From NCBI GenBank assembly GCA_937998345.1, contig CALLDH010000169.1:1-38630 (forward strand): DNA of 38,630 nucleotides, in the 5' to 3' direction. Below the pieces are notes generated by a model. It saw only the letters and a program-made list of their open reading frames with translations. It ran no database searches and had not been told where the DNA came from. The translations under genes were made by a program, and so were the position numbers. Numbering within the stretch: the stretch's first letter is position 1; each line of letters starts with the position of its first letter. Shown here piece by piece: positions 18,559 through 27,499 of the stretch. This DNA comes from an uncultured bacterium. GTDB lineage: Bacteria; Myxococcota_A; Polyangia; Polyangiales; Houyiibacteriaceae.

Positions 18559-20391
18559 TTACTCACAAACGATGATGGTATCGCCGTTGCTCTCTTGGAA
18601 TGGGGGCGTGTTCGGTTCGGGTGGTTCGGGATCGTTGGCGAGGAGAAGCCCTGGGTTGGTGGCTTCGACGTTCCTCCAATCCGGATCGCGACCGTTGGGC
18701 CCGCTATTCAGCATGGCGTTGAGCCAATCGACCACGGTGGGGACACCACCGGTGGTGTCGTCGTAGACCTTGTCCCTGCCCCACGTCGTGTGCGCCGAGC
18801 CCGATCCAAAGTAGGATCGGTAGTTGTCCGGAACCGCGGAGAAGGTGTCTGCGGACTGCTGACGCGCCACGTCCCCGAAATCACAGGTCGCCTGCCACCA
18901 GGTCGCGGCGCCCAGCGGGCTCATCGTCAGCATGACGTTATAGAATCCGGTCTGCCCGCCCTGGCCTCCATCGTAGACCGTCGAGTAGTGCGCCCAGTTG
19001 CTCTCCGGGTAGTACTTCGCCACGGCCTCGGTGTAGGCAGGCATCCCTCCCCCCTCCGGGTCGAGTGCGTCCTCCACCCCGGGGATGTACTCAGGCAGGT
19101 TCGCGGCGAAGTTCCAGTTGCCAAACTCGTTCGTCAGGAACTCCTGCGTAATCACGCCGTTGCCAGCATCGGCAAGCACGTGGATCTGCGAGGCAGGCCA
19201 GACTTCGTGAAGAAGCGGCCCATTGAACCAGGCGCCATACGCTCCTGCGCTCGACCCTGTGACGAAGACCACCTCCGGGTCGTAGAAGTGCTCGCGAGCC
19301 CACTTCTCCGCGATTCGCGAATTGTGATAACCCCGATGCTCGATCGTGAGCTCGTCGGTGTACTCCTGGGTCGCGTTGCCGTAGTGGACGTCGCAGGTGC
19401 AGTAGGTGATGAAGACGGTGTGCCAGTCTTTGAAGGGGTTGTTCTCATTGTTCCGGTCGGCAAAGCCTGTGGTGGTCGAGTTTGGATTGTCGGCTTCGGT
19501 CGCAGTGGGCGAGCAGGTGGGGATTCCACACGTCAACGCATCCCAACAGGCGCCTCCGCCCTGATAATACATCACGAGCTTGTTGACGGTGCCGCGCTTG
19601 GCGAAGTAGCGATACTCGGACCCGGGCTCGATGCAGGTCGGGGTGAACGTCGTGCCTTTGTAGACGGTCTCCTCGGGCACGAGCGAGATGTAGCTCGCGC
19701 TCTCGACCCCCGGAGCCACGATCGTGTTCGAAACCACCTCGTCGACGAGCGCTCCGAAGTCGCTCCCCACCTGTTCCTGGGTGGCGTCGGTCGGGCAGTC
19801 ACTCGCGGTCGCCGTGTTCCAGGCCTGGATCCACGTGTTGGTCGCGTCTTCGATGGCACCGTCCACGATCGATCGATCGGGGTCCTCGTGAAGGTCGGAG
19901 ATGTAGACGCCCTCGGCGTCGAGAATCGTCGTGCAAGCATCGCCTGTCGCGGTCATCAGGTCGGACACGCACTGCGCCTGCGCCGCCTGACCGAGATCGA
20001 TGCCTACCGTGATCGTGTTGAAGATCTCATTGACCGCGTCCTCGATGGAATCCGCGGCGTCCCCCGAGGCGAGCGCGAAGCTATCGCAATCCGCGTCCTC
20101 GGTCTGGGCATCGTTTTCGGCATCACCCCACGCGGTGTCGAGCGCGTCTCCTGCTGCGGAGATCGCGTCACCGCGGGCAGTCACGTTAAGATCCAGGGCG
20201 TACGCGGCCCACGCGCCCATGACCGTTTCGCAGAATGTCCCTGCCGCCGCCTGCTTGTCCCCAATGCAGATGTTCGCTGCGTACGGTTCCGGACGGAACC
20301 GCGTGGTGCCGCCAGAAGAATCACTACTACAACCCGCACTGAGCGCGACGGGAATCGCCAAACAAGCTACGACAAGCTTAATCATTCGCAT
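18559..20391 (-). CDS. Pectinacetylesterase/Notum-like esterase lipoprotein with acidic Cys-rich N-terminal domain
   Basis: SD ggagg then ATG 20391; lipobox LSAGC; YQGGGACWD, YCTCDVHYG, nucleophile TGSSAG, LADAG. Confidence 0.88.
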   Translation of the reverse strand: MRMIKLVVACLAIPVALSAGCSSDSSGGTTRFRPEPYAANICIGDKQAAAGTFCETVMGAWAAYALDLNVTARGDAISAAGDALDTAWGDAENDAQTEDADCDSFALASGDAADSIEDAVNEIFNTITVGIDLGQAAQAQCVSDLMTATGDACTTILDAEGVYISDLHEDPDRSIVDGAIEDATNTWIQAWNTATASDCPTDATQEQVGSDFGALVDEVVSNTIVAPGVESASYISLVPEETVYKGTTFTPTCIEPGSEYRYFAKRGTVNKLVMYYQGGGACWDALTCGIPTCSPTATEADNPNSTTTGFADRNNENNPFKDWHTVFITYCTCDVHYGNATQEYTDELTIEHRGYHNSRIAEKWAREHFYDPEVVFVTGSSAGAYGAWFNGPLLHEVWPASQIHVLADAGNGVITQEFLTNEFGNWNFAANLPEYIPGVEDALDPEGGGMPAYTEAVAKYYPESNWAHYSTVYDGGQGGQTGFYNVMLTMSPLGAATWWQATCDFGDVARQQSADTFSAVPDNYRSYFGSGSAHTTWGRDKVYDDTTGGVPTVVDWLNAMLNSGPNGRDPDWRNVEATNPGLLLANDPEPPEPNTPPFQESNGDTIIVCE

Positions 20392-20442
20392 ACGAACCTC
20401 CATGGAATGCCGTCTTTTCCTATAGATTTCCTCCAAGTTCAA

Positions 20443-20460
20443 GAGATTTTACCGACATTG
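20443..20460 (+). repeat. Degenerate orphan copy of the RAYT-flanking motif
   Basis: gagattttaccgacattg versus gagatcctaccgacgttg at 22787; intergenic. Confidence 0.55.
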
Positions 20461-20706
20461 CGCTCGGGCGTCTCGAGGAAGACGGCTTCGTCATTCTGGA
20501 AGACGTTCTCACTTTCGGGGTTCGTAGAGAACCTGCGCGAAGAGATGCTGGCGATGCTCGGGTACAGCATCCACAGCGCCCTCATGGGGTACGTCGACGG
20601 CCGAGATCCGAAGCACCTTTTGGGGGACGGACGGCTAGTCAGGAGTCGCCTTGATCCGGGTCGCCCAACGCGCGTCGCAGAATACCGCGCGTGAACGAGC
20701 GCGAAG

Positions 20707-21159
20707 TCAAAGGGTGATCAAATCGCCAAGGCGCTCGACGATCTCGTCTTGCTTGCTCGCAGCCAAATCTTTGTCGAGCGCGGCCATCACGAGCTGAGCC
20801 GTCGGGCCGTCGAGGGAAGACCGGAGCAATCCCAAGAACTTTGGCGGCGCAACGAGAACCACGCCCCTGTATCGATTCTGCACGCGAGCATCCTGGAGCT
20901 TGTCGGCCAGCGCTCTCGCGAAGTCGGAAACCGCTCTATCGTGCGGGCCTTCGCTCTGGCCCATCGACGCGCGGCCAGGGTCACCGCTGTTTTTGCGAAA
21001 AGAGCGGCCAGGACGGTCGGAAGCCATGTCCCGATCCCGTGCTCGACCCTCGGGGTGCTCGACCTCCTCGACGAGCTCCAGCCCCGTTCCGCGACCGCGG
21101 TTCTCGAAGAATCGAGCCCCCGCCTCGTGAGCGACTACAATCCATGTGCTGGTCATCAT
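20707..21159 (-). CDS. Host attachment protein (baeRF12/AtsE-like)
   Basis: TWIVVAHEAGARFF, SDRPGRSF, FARALA, LVAPPKFLGLLR, DKDL; SD gggagg. Confidence 0.88.
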   Translation of the reverse strand: MMTSTWIVVAHEAGARFFENRGRGTGLELVEEVEHPEGRARDRDMASDRPGRSFRKNSGDPGRASMGQSEGPHDRAVSDFARALADKLQDARVQNRYRGVVLVAPPKFLGLLRSSLDGPTAQLVMAALDKDLAASKQDEIVERLGDLITL

Positions 21160-21179
21160 CTGTCCTCCCTTGTTGCAAC

Positions 21180-21310
21180 TCAGGATGTGGGTAGTGAACG
21201 AAGCGCCTGGAGCTCGATTATCTGCTTCGAGTCGTCCCCGGCGATGACCTCGATGCCCGACAGCATCCCCGATTCTTCGCGAATGTAAATCTCTTTCGGC
21301 CTCGCCACCC
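21180..21310 (-). pseudogene. C-terminal gene fragment, DUF5335-like
   Basis: VARPKEIYIREESGMLSGIEVIAGDDSKQIIELQ recalls the DUF5335 C-terminus. No matching N-terminus upstream. Confidence 0.4.
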
Positions 21311-21318
21311 GGTCGGGA

Positions 21319-21490
21319 TCAGTCGACCCAGAGGAAAGCTTCGGGCCAGCGGTTCCGCATCCAAGCCACGCCGGCTCCCACCGCATCGTCCAGCGCGAAC
21401 GAGGGAGCATACCCAAGTGCCCGAATCCGCCCATCGTCGAAGTGGCTCGCGCACGCCAAGATTCTTTTTGGCCCATTGGGACGATGTTTT
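21319..21490 (-). pseudogene. C-terminal remnant of an NAD-dependent epimerase/dehydratase
   Basis: HFDDGRIRALGYAPSFALDDAVGAGVAWMRNRW* matches the usual extended-SDR tail. Confidence 0.45.
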
Positions 21491-21782
21491 GGGCCGAGTT
21501 GCGCGGTACTCGCTTGTTATGTCGTGTGGGGCGCGAACCGAGTCCATCAACCAGTCGGCGTGCGCAGCCTGGTGAAGCAAGCCGTCTGCAATTGCAATGG
21601 GACGATAGAGCGAAAGCATGGCTTCATCCCCCTTGCCCCCCGGGTCGGGTCGCCCACCTGCCAACCTTCCGGGTCCGTGAATCGCCTACATTGAGGCTCT
21701 TCATACTCAAAGTGTGCGCTCGAAGGACAACGCGGTTCATACGCAATTCCTATCGCTAGCGCCCGTGCCGTTCCGTAGAGTT

Positions 21783-22721
21783 TCAGTTCGCAGGGACGGT
21801 CGTCGCACTCTCGATTCGAAAGTCGAAGCTCTCGTCGATCTCCGCGTGTTCCCGATGGCCCTCTTCGACGAAGACGACCTTGTTCTTGATTCTGCCGGTG
21901 GCGGTGCCATGGGAACCGAGGGTCCTGAGGTCGAGACGAATGTGACCGGTCGCTATTGTTTGACCCGACTCGACTTCGAGCGAAGATTCATCCTCGGCGA
22001 ACTCGACGATCTGACGGTTGCCGCTTCGCGCAAACTCCACGTCGAGAACAACCTGGTCTCCGTCGCGCTCCACCAGGGTGTAAATCGCCTCCTGCACCAT
22101 CTTGACGCCGTGGAGCGCCAACATGCCTCGAACTGCCCAACGGGCGCCCACACCGACCTCCTCGTTGGGAAGGGCCACGACAGAGACGAGCGAGAACGCG
22201 TTGGTGATGGTCCAGAGTAGACGCAGAGGTACGTCGACGGCCTTTTGATTGTAGCGAAGGCCGCGCACATGACCGCTGTCATCCATTGCGTTCCACGAAC
22301 CCGTGCCTTTCAAGAAGTCCGTGTGCACCTGGATGTCCTCGAGGAGCTTCTCGCTGGCACCGGGCCCAGCCACGGCCTTGGACTCGACAATCTCGAAGTC
22401 ATAGCGGATCTCTTGCTCATCGACCTTCGCGGGCCCGATCACCGCGTGTATCTCCATTTTCTGCAGTCCGGATACGGTCGTGGTCGGGCTGCCGTGCTCG
22501 GATGGGATGACTCGCCACGACATCTTGGAAGTCGTCGTCGTCCCCTCCGCGATCGCGTAGCGCAGCAGGCTCCTCGGCTCTTCGCCCGCGTCTAGGAGCT
22601 CTAGCGGAATGAAAGGAGGCGCCTCTGCCGCAGGCGGTGTCTTGCAGCCAATGAGCAACAAGACGAGGCAACCCAGAATCCAGTGCTCTCGAATCATCGA
22701 AAAGGTCCTCCCGATAGTCAC
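21783..22721 (-). CDS. Hypothetical lipoprotein
   Basis: Lipobox LIGC; LLDAGEEPRSLLRY and LPNEEVGVGARW blocks typical of myxobacterial lipoproteins. Confidence 0.8.
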   Translation of the reverse strand: MTIGRTFSMIREHWILGCLVLLLIGCKTPPAAEAPPFIPLELLDAGEEPRSLLRYAIAEGTTTTSKMSWRVIPSEHGSPTTTVSGLQKMEIHAVIGPAKVDEQEIRYDFEIVESKAVAGPGASEKLLEDIQVHTDFLKGTGSWNAMDDSGHVRGLRYNQKAVDVPLRLLWTITNAFSLVSVVALPNEEVGVGARWAVRGMLALHGVKMVQEAIYTLVERDGDQVVLDVEFARSGNRQIVEFAEDESSLEVESGQTIATGHIRLDLRTLGSHGTATGRIKNKVVFVEEGHREHAEIDESFDFRIESATTVPAN

Positions 22722-22750
22722 GCAGATTGCGGCATAGTACCGGAACCGGA

Positions 22751-22803
22751 CAGAGATCCCAGAGATCCCAGCAGAGATCCTACCCAGAGATCCTACCGAC
22801 GTT
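22751..22803 (+). repeat. Stuttered terminal motif of element B
   Basis: cagagatcc|cagagatcc|cag|cagagatcctacc|cagagatcctaccgacgtt. Confidence 0.9.
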
Positions 22804-22834
22804 GTGCAAAGCGAAGCGCGCTCTCGGCGATTCG

Positions 22835-22867
22835 GCTGTAGTGTCGTGAGGCGGCGGCCGCCGGCGG
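22835..22867 (+). repeat. Conserved GTAG + palindrome block (REP-like), copy B
   Basis: gctGTAGtgtcgtgaggcggcggccgccggcgg; ends in the perfect palindrome ccgccggcgg. Confidence 0.75.
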
Positions 22868-22937
22868 AGTCTGGCGTACCGTCAGCAGTGTTGGACGCGC
22901 CGGTCTAGAATTTGCGGGGAATGTTGACACTGAGCTC

Positions 22938-22953
22938 CGGCACGGTTCTCGCT
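22938..22953 (+). promoter_or_regulatory. sigma54-like promoter of transposase B
   Basis: CGGCACGGTTCTCGCT (GG-N10-GC), 12 nt before ATG 22966. Confidence 0.6.
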
Positions 22954-22965
22954 GGGGCTCATTGC

Positions 22966-23883
22966 ATGACCCGACGACGCATCATCGAGCCCGGCACCAC
23001 TTGGGCACTCTCACGACGCACGACCCGGCGCCACTTCCTGCTCAATCCCGACGAAGCTCGGCAGATGGAGCAAGCGTATTGGTACAGCCTGGGATATGCG
23101 GCCAATGCGCACGGCGTCTCCGTGCACGCGGGCTGTCTAATGTCGAGCCACTCCCATGAAGTGGTCACCGATGTCCGCGGGGAGCTCCCCCGCTTCCTTC
23201 GCACCTTCCACCGCCTTCTCGCGCTGATTACCAAGGCCTATCGCAAGTGGCCGGAAGAGGTTTTCAACAAGCGCAGCACGGGCGCCCATGAGCTGCTGAC
23301 GCCACAAGCCACGATTGAGGCGCTGGCCTACCTCATCGCCAACCCCGTCGAAGCGATGGCGGTGCGCTACGCCAAGGATTGGCCCGGCGCACACACTCTG
23401 CCTCGAGACATCGGTACGCGCGTCATCCGCGTGCGTCGACCGGACCACTACTTCGACCCCCACAACCCCGCATGGCCTGACGTCATCGAGCTTCGATTGG
23501 GGATGCCGGCAATGCTCGAGCTGGACCATGGGGTTGAGCTTGCTCAGCAACGCATCGCCGCGCGCGTCCGAGAGCGGGAGCGCGGTGCGTTGCGGGAGGC
23601 CAGGCGAAGCGGCCGCAGCTTCGTCGGACCGCGACGGGTGCTTCGGCTCGCGCATACCAAGCGGGCCCGAAGTTACGAAGAGTTCGGAAGCCTTGACCCT
23701 CAGTTCGCTGCTGCCGGGCATCGAGAGGCGGCTGTGCATGCGGTGCGGCGTTTGCGGCGATTCAACGCCCAATATGACAAGGCGCTTCACGGCTGGACGT
23801 CAGGTGACCGTAACGCGTGCTTCCCAAGTGGCACCTGGTGGATGCGGGTGTGCCACGGGGCCCGCTGCGGTCCGGCGCCGTAG
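22966..23883 (+). CDS. REP-associated tyrosine transposase-like (HUH/Y1) protein, paralogue of 16180-17097
   Basis: CLMSSHSH and AYLIANPVEA...DWPG. ATG 22966 gives 305 aa, colinear with copy A. Confidence 0.88.
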   Translation: MTRRRIIEPGTTWALSRRTTRRHFLLNPDEARQMEQAYWYSLGYAANAHGVSVHAGCLMSSHSHEVVTDVRGELPRFLRTFHRLLALITKAYRKWPEEVFNKRSTGAHELLTPQATIEALAYLIANPVEAMAVRYAKDWPGAHTLPRDIGTRVIRVRRPDHYFDPHNPAWPDVIELRLGMPAMLELDHGVELAQQRIAARVRERERGALREARRSGRSFVGPRRVLRLAHTKRARSYEEFGSLDPQFAAAGHREAAVHAVRRLRRFNAQYDKALHGWTSGDRNACFPSGTWWMRVCHGARCGPAP

Positions 23884-24201
23884 GGTCGTTCCAACCGTAT
23901 CCGTCACCGTTGTGAAGCTTGGACCTCGACGGCGTCCGACGGCGTATCGGTGCGTCCGGAGCGCGACAACTCGGACAGCGAACCCGCCCCACGAGCTCGC
24001 AAGCAGGTGAATGGGGCTCAATCGGGCCGCCGAGCGCGCGTCGCGGGCCCTCCGTGAGCGACCAACTGGACCCGCAGCACCCACTCATTGACCGCCAACC
24101 TCGGTCGGATCTTTATAATCGGGGTTCTGTCGTCCGGCGCCCCAAGCACCACGGGCTCAGAGCGATCCGCGACGAGCTCGGTACCTGAGCGACGGCTCTG
24201 T

Positions 24202-24229
24202 TTGACAGGATCCGACTAAGATCTACGAC
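24202..24229 (+). promoter_or_regulatory. Possible sigma70-type promoter, near-leaderless
   Basis: TTGACA-16 nt-TACGAC, ending 7 nt before ATG 24237; no SD. Confidence 0.4.
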
Positions 24230-24236
24230 TCCTCCC

Positions 24237-24719
24237 ATGCCAGCTCCCATTAGCTCGGACCTCGTCTGGAAGGAAATAGAGAAGCGTTCGTTCGCTGTGC
24301 TTTCCTACGTGAATCCCAAAGGCCAGGCGCGTTCTGCGGGCATCGTCTATGTCGTGATAGACGGGGTACTGTACGTCCGGGTGGCGAAGGCTTCGTGGAA
24401 GGCGAAGCACATCCTGCTCAACCCCCACGTCGCGCTCAATGTGACGATCTCAAAACGCGTTCCGTTCATGCCCTGGATCAAGATCCCCGACGCGACGATC
24501 GCCTTCAGCGGCACTGCGCGTGTGCTTCCGATGAGCGATCTCGATCCCAAGCTCGTCGAAACCCTCACGGGACGATTGATCGAGCAGCACGGGACCATGG
24601 CCGAAAACTGCATGCTCGAGATTCGCCCGGCCGGTCACTTCGTGACGTACGGTGTCGGCGTGTCTCTCCTGGACATGCGCGACCCGGAAAAGGCGCGGGG
24701 TCGCGCGCCTGTCGCCTGA
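24237..24719 (+). CDS. Pyridoxamine 5'-phosphate oxidase-like (split-barrel flavin-binding) protein
   Basis: FAVLSYVNPKGQAR...KAKHILLNPHVAL...FSGTA pattern. Confidence 0.8.
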   Translation: MPAPISSDLVWKEIEKRSFAVLSYVNPKGQARSAGIVYVVIDGVLYVRVAKASWKAKHILLNPHVALNVTISKRVPFMPWIKIPDATIAFSGTARVLPMSDLDPKLVETLTGRLIEQHGTMAENCMLEIRPAGHFVTYGVGVSLLDMRDPEKARGRAPVA

Positions 24720-24750
24720 GCGGCGACCCGAGTCACCGAAAGCGGATTCG

Positions 24751-25659
24751 TCAGCCGTGCGCGTCGAGCCAGCCGGCGATCCGCGGCCAAACTTCCTCGC
24801 TCGCCGCCTTGCTGATGATCATTTCGACGTGGCCGTAGTCCTTGCTGAACCCTTGCTCGACGCCAAGCAGCACCCAGGCCTTGTCTTGGCTACCCACTGC
24901 GTCGAAGAGCAGACGGCAACCGGTCGCGGGATCGTTCTTGTCGTTCGACGCAGCGAAGGCCAACAAGGGTACTTCGATGCGACGCACTCCATCCCAGTAG
25001 TTGCGCCCGTCCTCCGTGAGCCATTGCCGATTTGGCCCTTTCCATCGATAGAAGTCGAGCATGTAACCGCGCGACTCTGGCTCCGGCCCGAGGCGAAACA
25101 GGCGCGCCGGGACTCGTCCGAGGAGGGTGAGCAGACCCCATGCGGCGGCTCGGGGCACCGCTCGTTGCATCCAACTGTCGCCTTCGCTGATGTTGGCGCC
25201 GAGGACCACCGCCGAACGCATCTGTTCGCCCGACGTCCAACCGCCAGCAAGAGAGCCGACAATGGCGACGCCACCCCAGGAGTGACCGACCCAGTGCGCG
25301 TGCTGACCCGTTTCCGCAGCCACCATTTGTTGAACCGCGGGCAGATCCCAGCGCATCTGATCCTCGGCGCTCCAGTTGCGATAGCGCCTGTCGCGGGTTG
25401 AGCGCCCGTGACCGCGCATCTCCGGAATCCAAACGTCGTAGCCATGCTGGAGGAGGTGCGGGGCGAGGCCGACTCCTTTGCTCGAAACCCAGAAGCTACG
25501 TTGGCAAAAGGTGCCGTGCACCAGAACTACCGGCTCACGAGCGCCATCATCTGAGTCGTCAAGAAGCCGAGTGATCGCGATCTCTACATCGTCCTCGGTC
25601 TTGATCCGATAGACTCGCGCGCTCACGGGCCCAATCCGATCCTTCTGGAACTTCGCCAT
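24751..25659 (-). CDS. Alpha/beta-fold hydrolase
   Basis: VLVHG, EMRGHG, nucleophile GHSWGG, acid SNDK, DYGH. Confidence 0.9.
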   Translation of the reverse strand: MAKFQKDRIGPVSARVYRIKTEDDVEIAITRLLDDSDDGAREPVVLVHGTFCQRSFWVSSKGVGLAPHLLQHGYDVWIPEMRGHGRSTRDRRYRNWSAEDQMRWDLPAVQQMVAAETGQHAHWVGHSWGGVAIVGSLAGGWTSGEQMRSAVVLGANISEGDSWMQRAVPRAAAWGLLTLLGRVPARLFRLGPEPESRGYMLDFYRWKGPNRQWLTEDGRNYWDGVRRIEVPLLAFAASNDKNDPATGCRLLFDAVGSQDKAWVLLGVEQGFSKDYGHVEMIISKAASEEVWPRIAGWLDAHG

Positions 25660-25793
25660 CGTGTTCCCCGTAGCTCTCTTAGCCCACTAGGCGCATGTTG
25701 AGAACCGAGCTGCGCGGTACTACGTGTGGCGTCGACGTCCTCAGACTCGACGAATCGCCCTTCTGGTCCCAACACGGTCGCGACCGCACGAGG

Positions 25794-27329
25794 TCAGCGA
25801 CGGGTGGCGTGCATTTCCGATGAGGTGGTCCTTCGCGCACGGCGTCCCTTGGATCCTTTGGAAGCCGGGGCGCAGGACCCGCGCGGATTGGCGGAGAGCT
25901 CGAGGATACCTCGCCCAGAGAACACCGGGTCGACGAACATGGCCCGGGAATCGGGTCCTCCCCAAGTCCCGCAGTGGTGCGTCGTGTCTCCGATTTGCAG
26001 CATTCGTACGACGTTGCGTCCCTTGAAATCGAGACGAATCGCCCCCTCGGCGAGGCCTTCGGCGACGCTCAGCGTTGCGGAGTCCGATATCGCTGGCTCG
26101 TGAAGTGTCATCGACCCGCCGCGCACGACGACGTCGCCTACCCCTAAGCCGGTTGGGGAGGCCACGATCAGATCCGCAGACTGCACCGTCACGCCGCCGG
26201 AGAAATCGTTGTTCCCGTTCAGAACGAGTCGTCCGCTGCCGATCCGCAGACCACCTTCTCCCGTCAGATGAATCGGCGCGTTCCCGTATGAGATACCGGC
26301 GAACTCCTCGGGAGAGTTGTCGAAGACACGGACCAACAGTGCGCCTCCATCGTCTAGGGTCGCCTCATCGAGAGCGATGTTCCCGCTCAAGCGAGCCGCG
26401 CGGGCCAGCACCGGGCGATACTTCTGCTGGGGCCCGAGGCGCCGCTGAAGAACGCGTCCTTCTTCGCTCAAAGCAAACCAAATCGTGCCCGTGCCGACCC
26501 CACCCGGCTTCGCTCGGGAGTGGGGACGAAATTTCGGTAAGCCGTAGCGCCCATCCGCGTTTTTTCTCGAATCGGGGTCGAAGTGAAGCGTGGCGCTCGA
26601 GTCGATGACCGGCACCGCGATGACCTTCGCCGCGTCTTTCTCCAGCGTACCGCGGCCATCGTAGTCCTTGGTGCTGGGATCAACCACGGTCGGCGAGCCC
26701 GCGACGATGAAGACGTGCCCAGTGTCGCGTGGCTTGGGGCGGCTGTCGTCGGACGGCTTTGCATACCGTCCCATGGCGTAGGCACCGATGTCGCCCGACC
26801 GTAAATCCTCGAAGCTCGTCACCGCCTCGAAGCCGGTCGCAGGCGCGTCGCCGCTGCGAAGGTACTGCGCCACCACGAACGCTCGCGACCATGGCCTCCG
26901 GCTTTCGCGCAGCGCAAAGTCCTCTGAATAGAGCCGGTTGTACTCGTCTCGCCCCCGCTGGGCCTGCAGGACCGCTTGATGGAGAGGGGAGATCGTGTTG
27001 AGCACGAAACTGAGCCAGCCGGAGCAGTCGGTCGAAGCGAGGAGGGAGTGCGCATCGGTCGACTCGAGCTGGACCTGCGGCTCACCGAGCCGCTTTCGCG
27101 GGCCGAGCAGCTTCTGGTGACTGTAGCTGTTGCTTGCGGGTGGTTCGTGGGCGTCGTCGCTCAGCGCCTGGATCACCGCCGTGGAGAACCGAACCGCGTC
27201 CTCGGATAACTGTGCCGACGAGTCCGTCGTCGCACGGGGGCTCCTACGCTCAACTGTGGTCGGTCCGATTTGAGGCGAACCACAGGCGGCGATTAAGAGG
27301 AGCATCGAAAGATGCGTTTTCGACAGCAC
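25794..27329 (-). CDS. Lipoprotein: NlpC/P60-like Cys-His domain fused to autotransporter-associated beta-strand repeat (PATR)
   Basis: Lipobox IAAC; DCSG, LRSGDI, GHVFIV; C-terminal GSGRLVLNGNNDFSGGVTV. Start codon uncertain. Confidence 0.7.
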   Translation of the reverse strand: MLSKTHLSMLLLIAACGSPQIGPTTVERRSPRATTDSSAQLSEDAVRFSTAVIQALSDDAHEPPASNSYSHQKLLGPRKRLGEPQVQLESTDAHSLLASTDCSGWLSFVLNTISPLHQAVLQAQRGRDEYNRLYSEDFALRESRRPWSRAFVVAQYLRSGDAPATGFEAVTSFEDLRSGDIGAYAMGRYAKPSDDSRPKPRDTGHVFIVAGSPTVVDPSTKDYDGRGTLEKDAAKVIAVPVIDSSATLHFDPDSRKNADGRYGLPKFRPHSRAKPGGVGTGTIWFALSEEGRVLQRRLGPQQKYRPVLARAARLSGNIALDEATLDDGGALLVRVFDNSPEEFAGISYGNAPIHLTGEGGLRIGSGRLVLNGNNDFSGGVTVQSADLIVASPTGLGVGDVVVRGGSMTLHEPAISDSATLSVAEGLAEGAIRLDFKGRNVVRMLQIGDTTHHCGTWGGPDSRAMFVDPVFSGRGILELSANPRGSCAPASKGSKGRRARRTTSSEMHATRR

Positions 27330-27499
27330 GGCTCGTTCCCTGTCTTCCAAAGTGCACCGGCCAGAAGCGCCCGGTCGCACAACAGGCTAGTCGGACCGGG
27401 CACCGAGCACCAAATCTCTGACTCAATCTAGGCTGGCGACCGTCAAACGCCTTACATCCCTAGGCAACACGTCCCTCGCGGGGTACCGTGCCCAACTGA

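Larger units (their letters stand above)
22787..24113 (+). mobile_element. RAYT-like element B (transposase between inward-facing terminal motifs)
   Basis: gagatcctaccgacgtt at 22787-22803 (+) and aagatccgaccgaggttggcggt at 24113-24091 (-). Confidence 0.75.

Noticed and set aside
18595-20694. 699-aa plus-strand ORF
   Set aside because: Antisense shadow of the esterase gene in GC-rich DNA, with no motifs. Only its last ~70 codons might be a gene fragment.
22751-22803. Possible CRISPR array or simple microsatellite
   Set aside because: No spacers and no cas genes; units are unequal nested prefixes.
24207-24222. Extra terminal-motif copy (ggatccgactaagat); also 12603-12619
   Set aside because: Too degenerate, and both overlap promoter candidates that explain them better.
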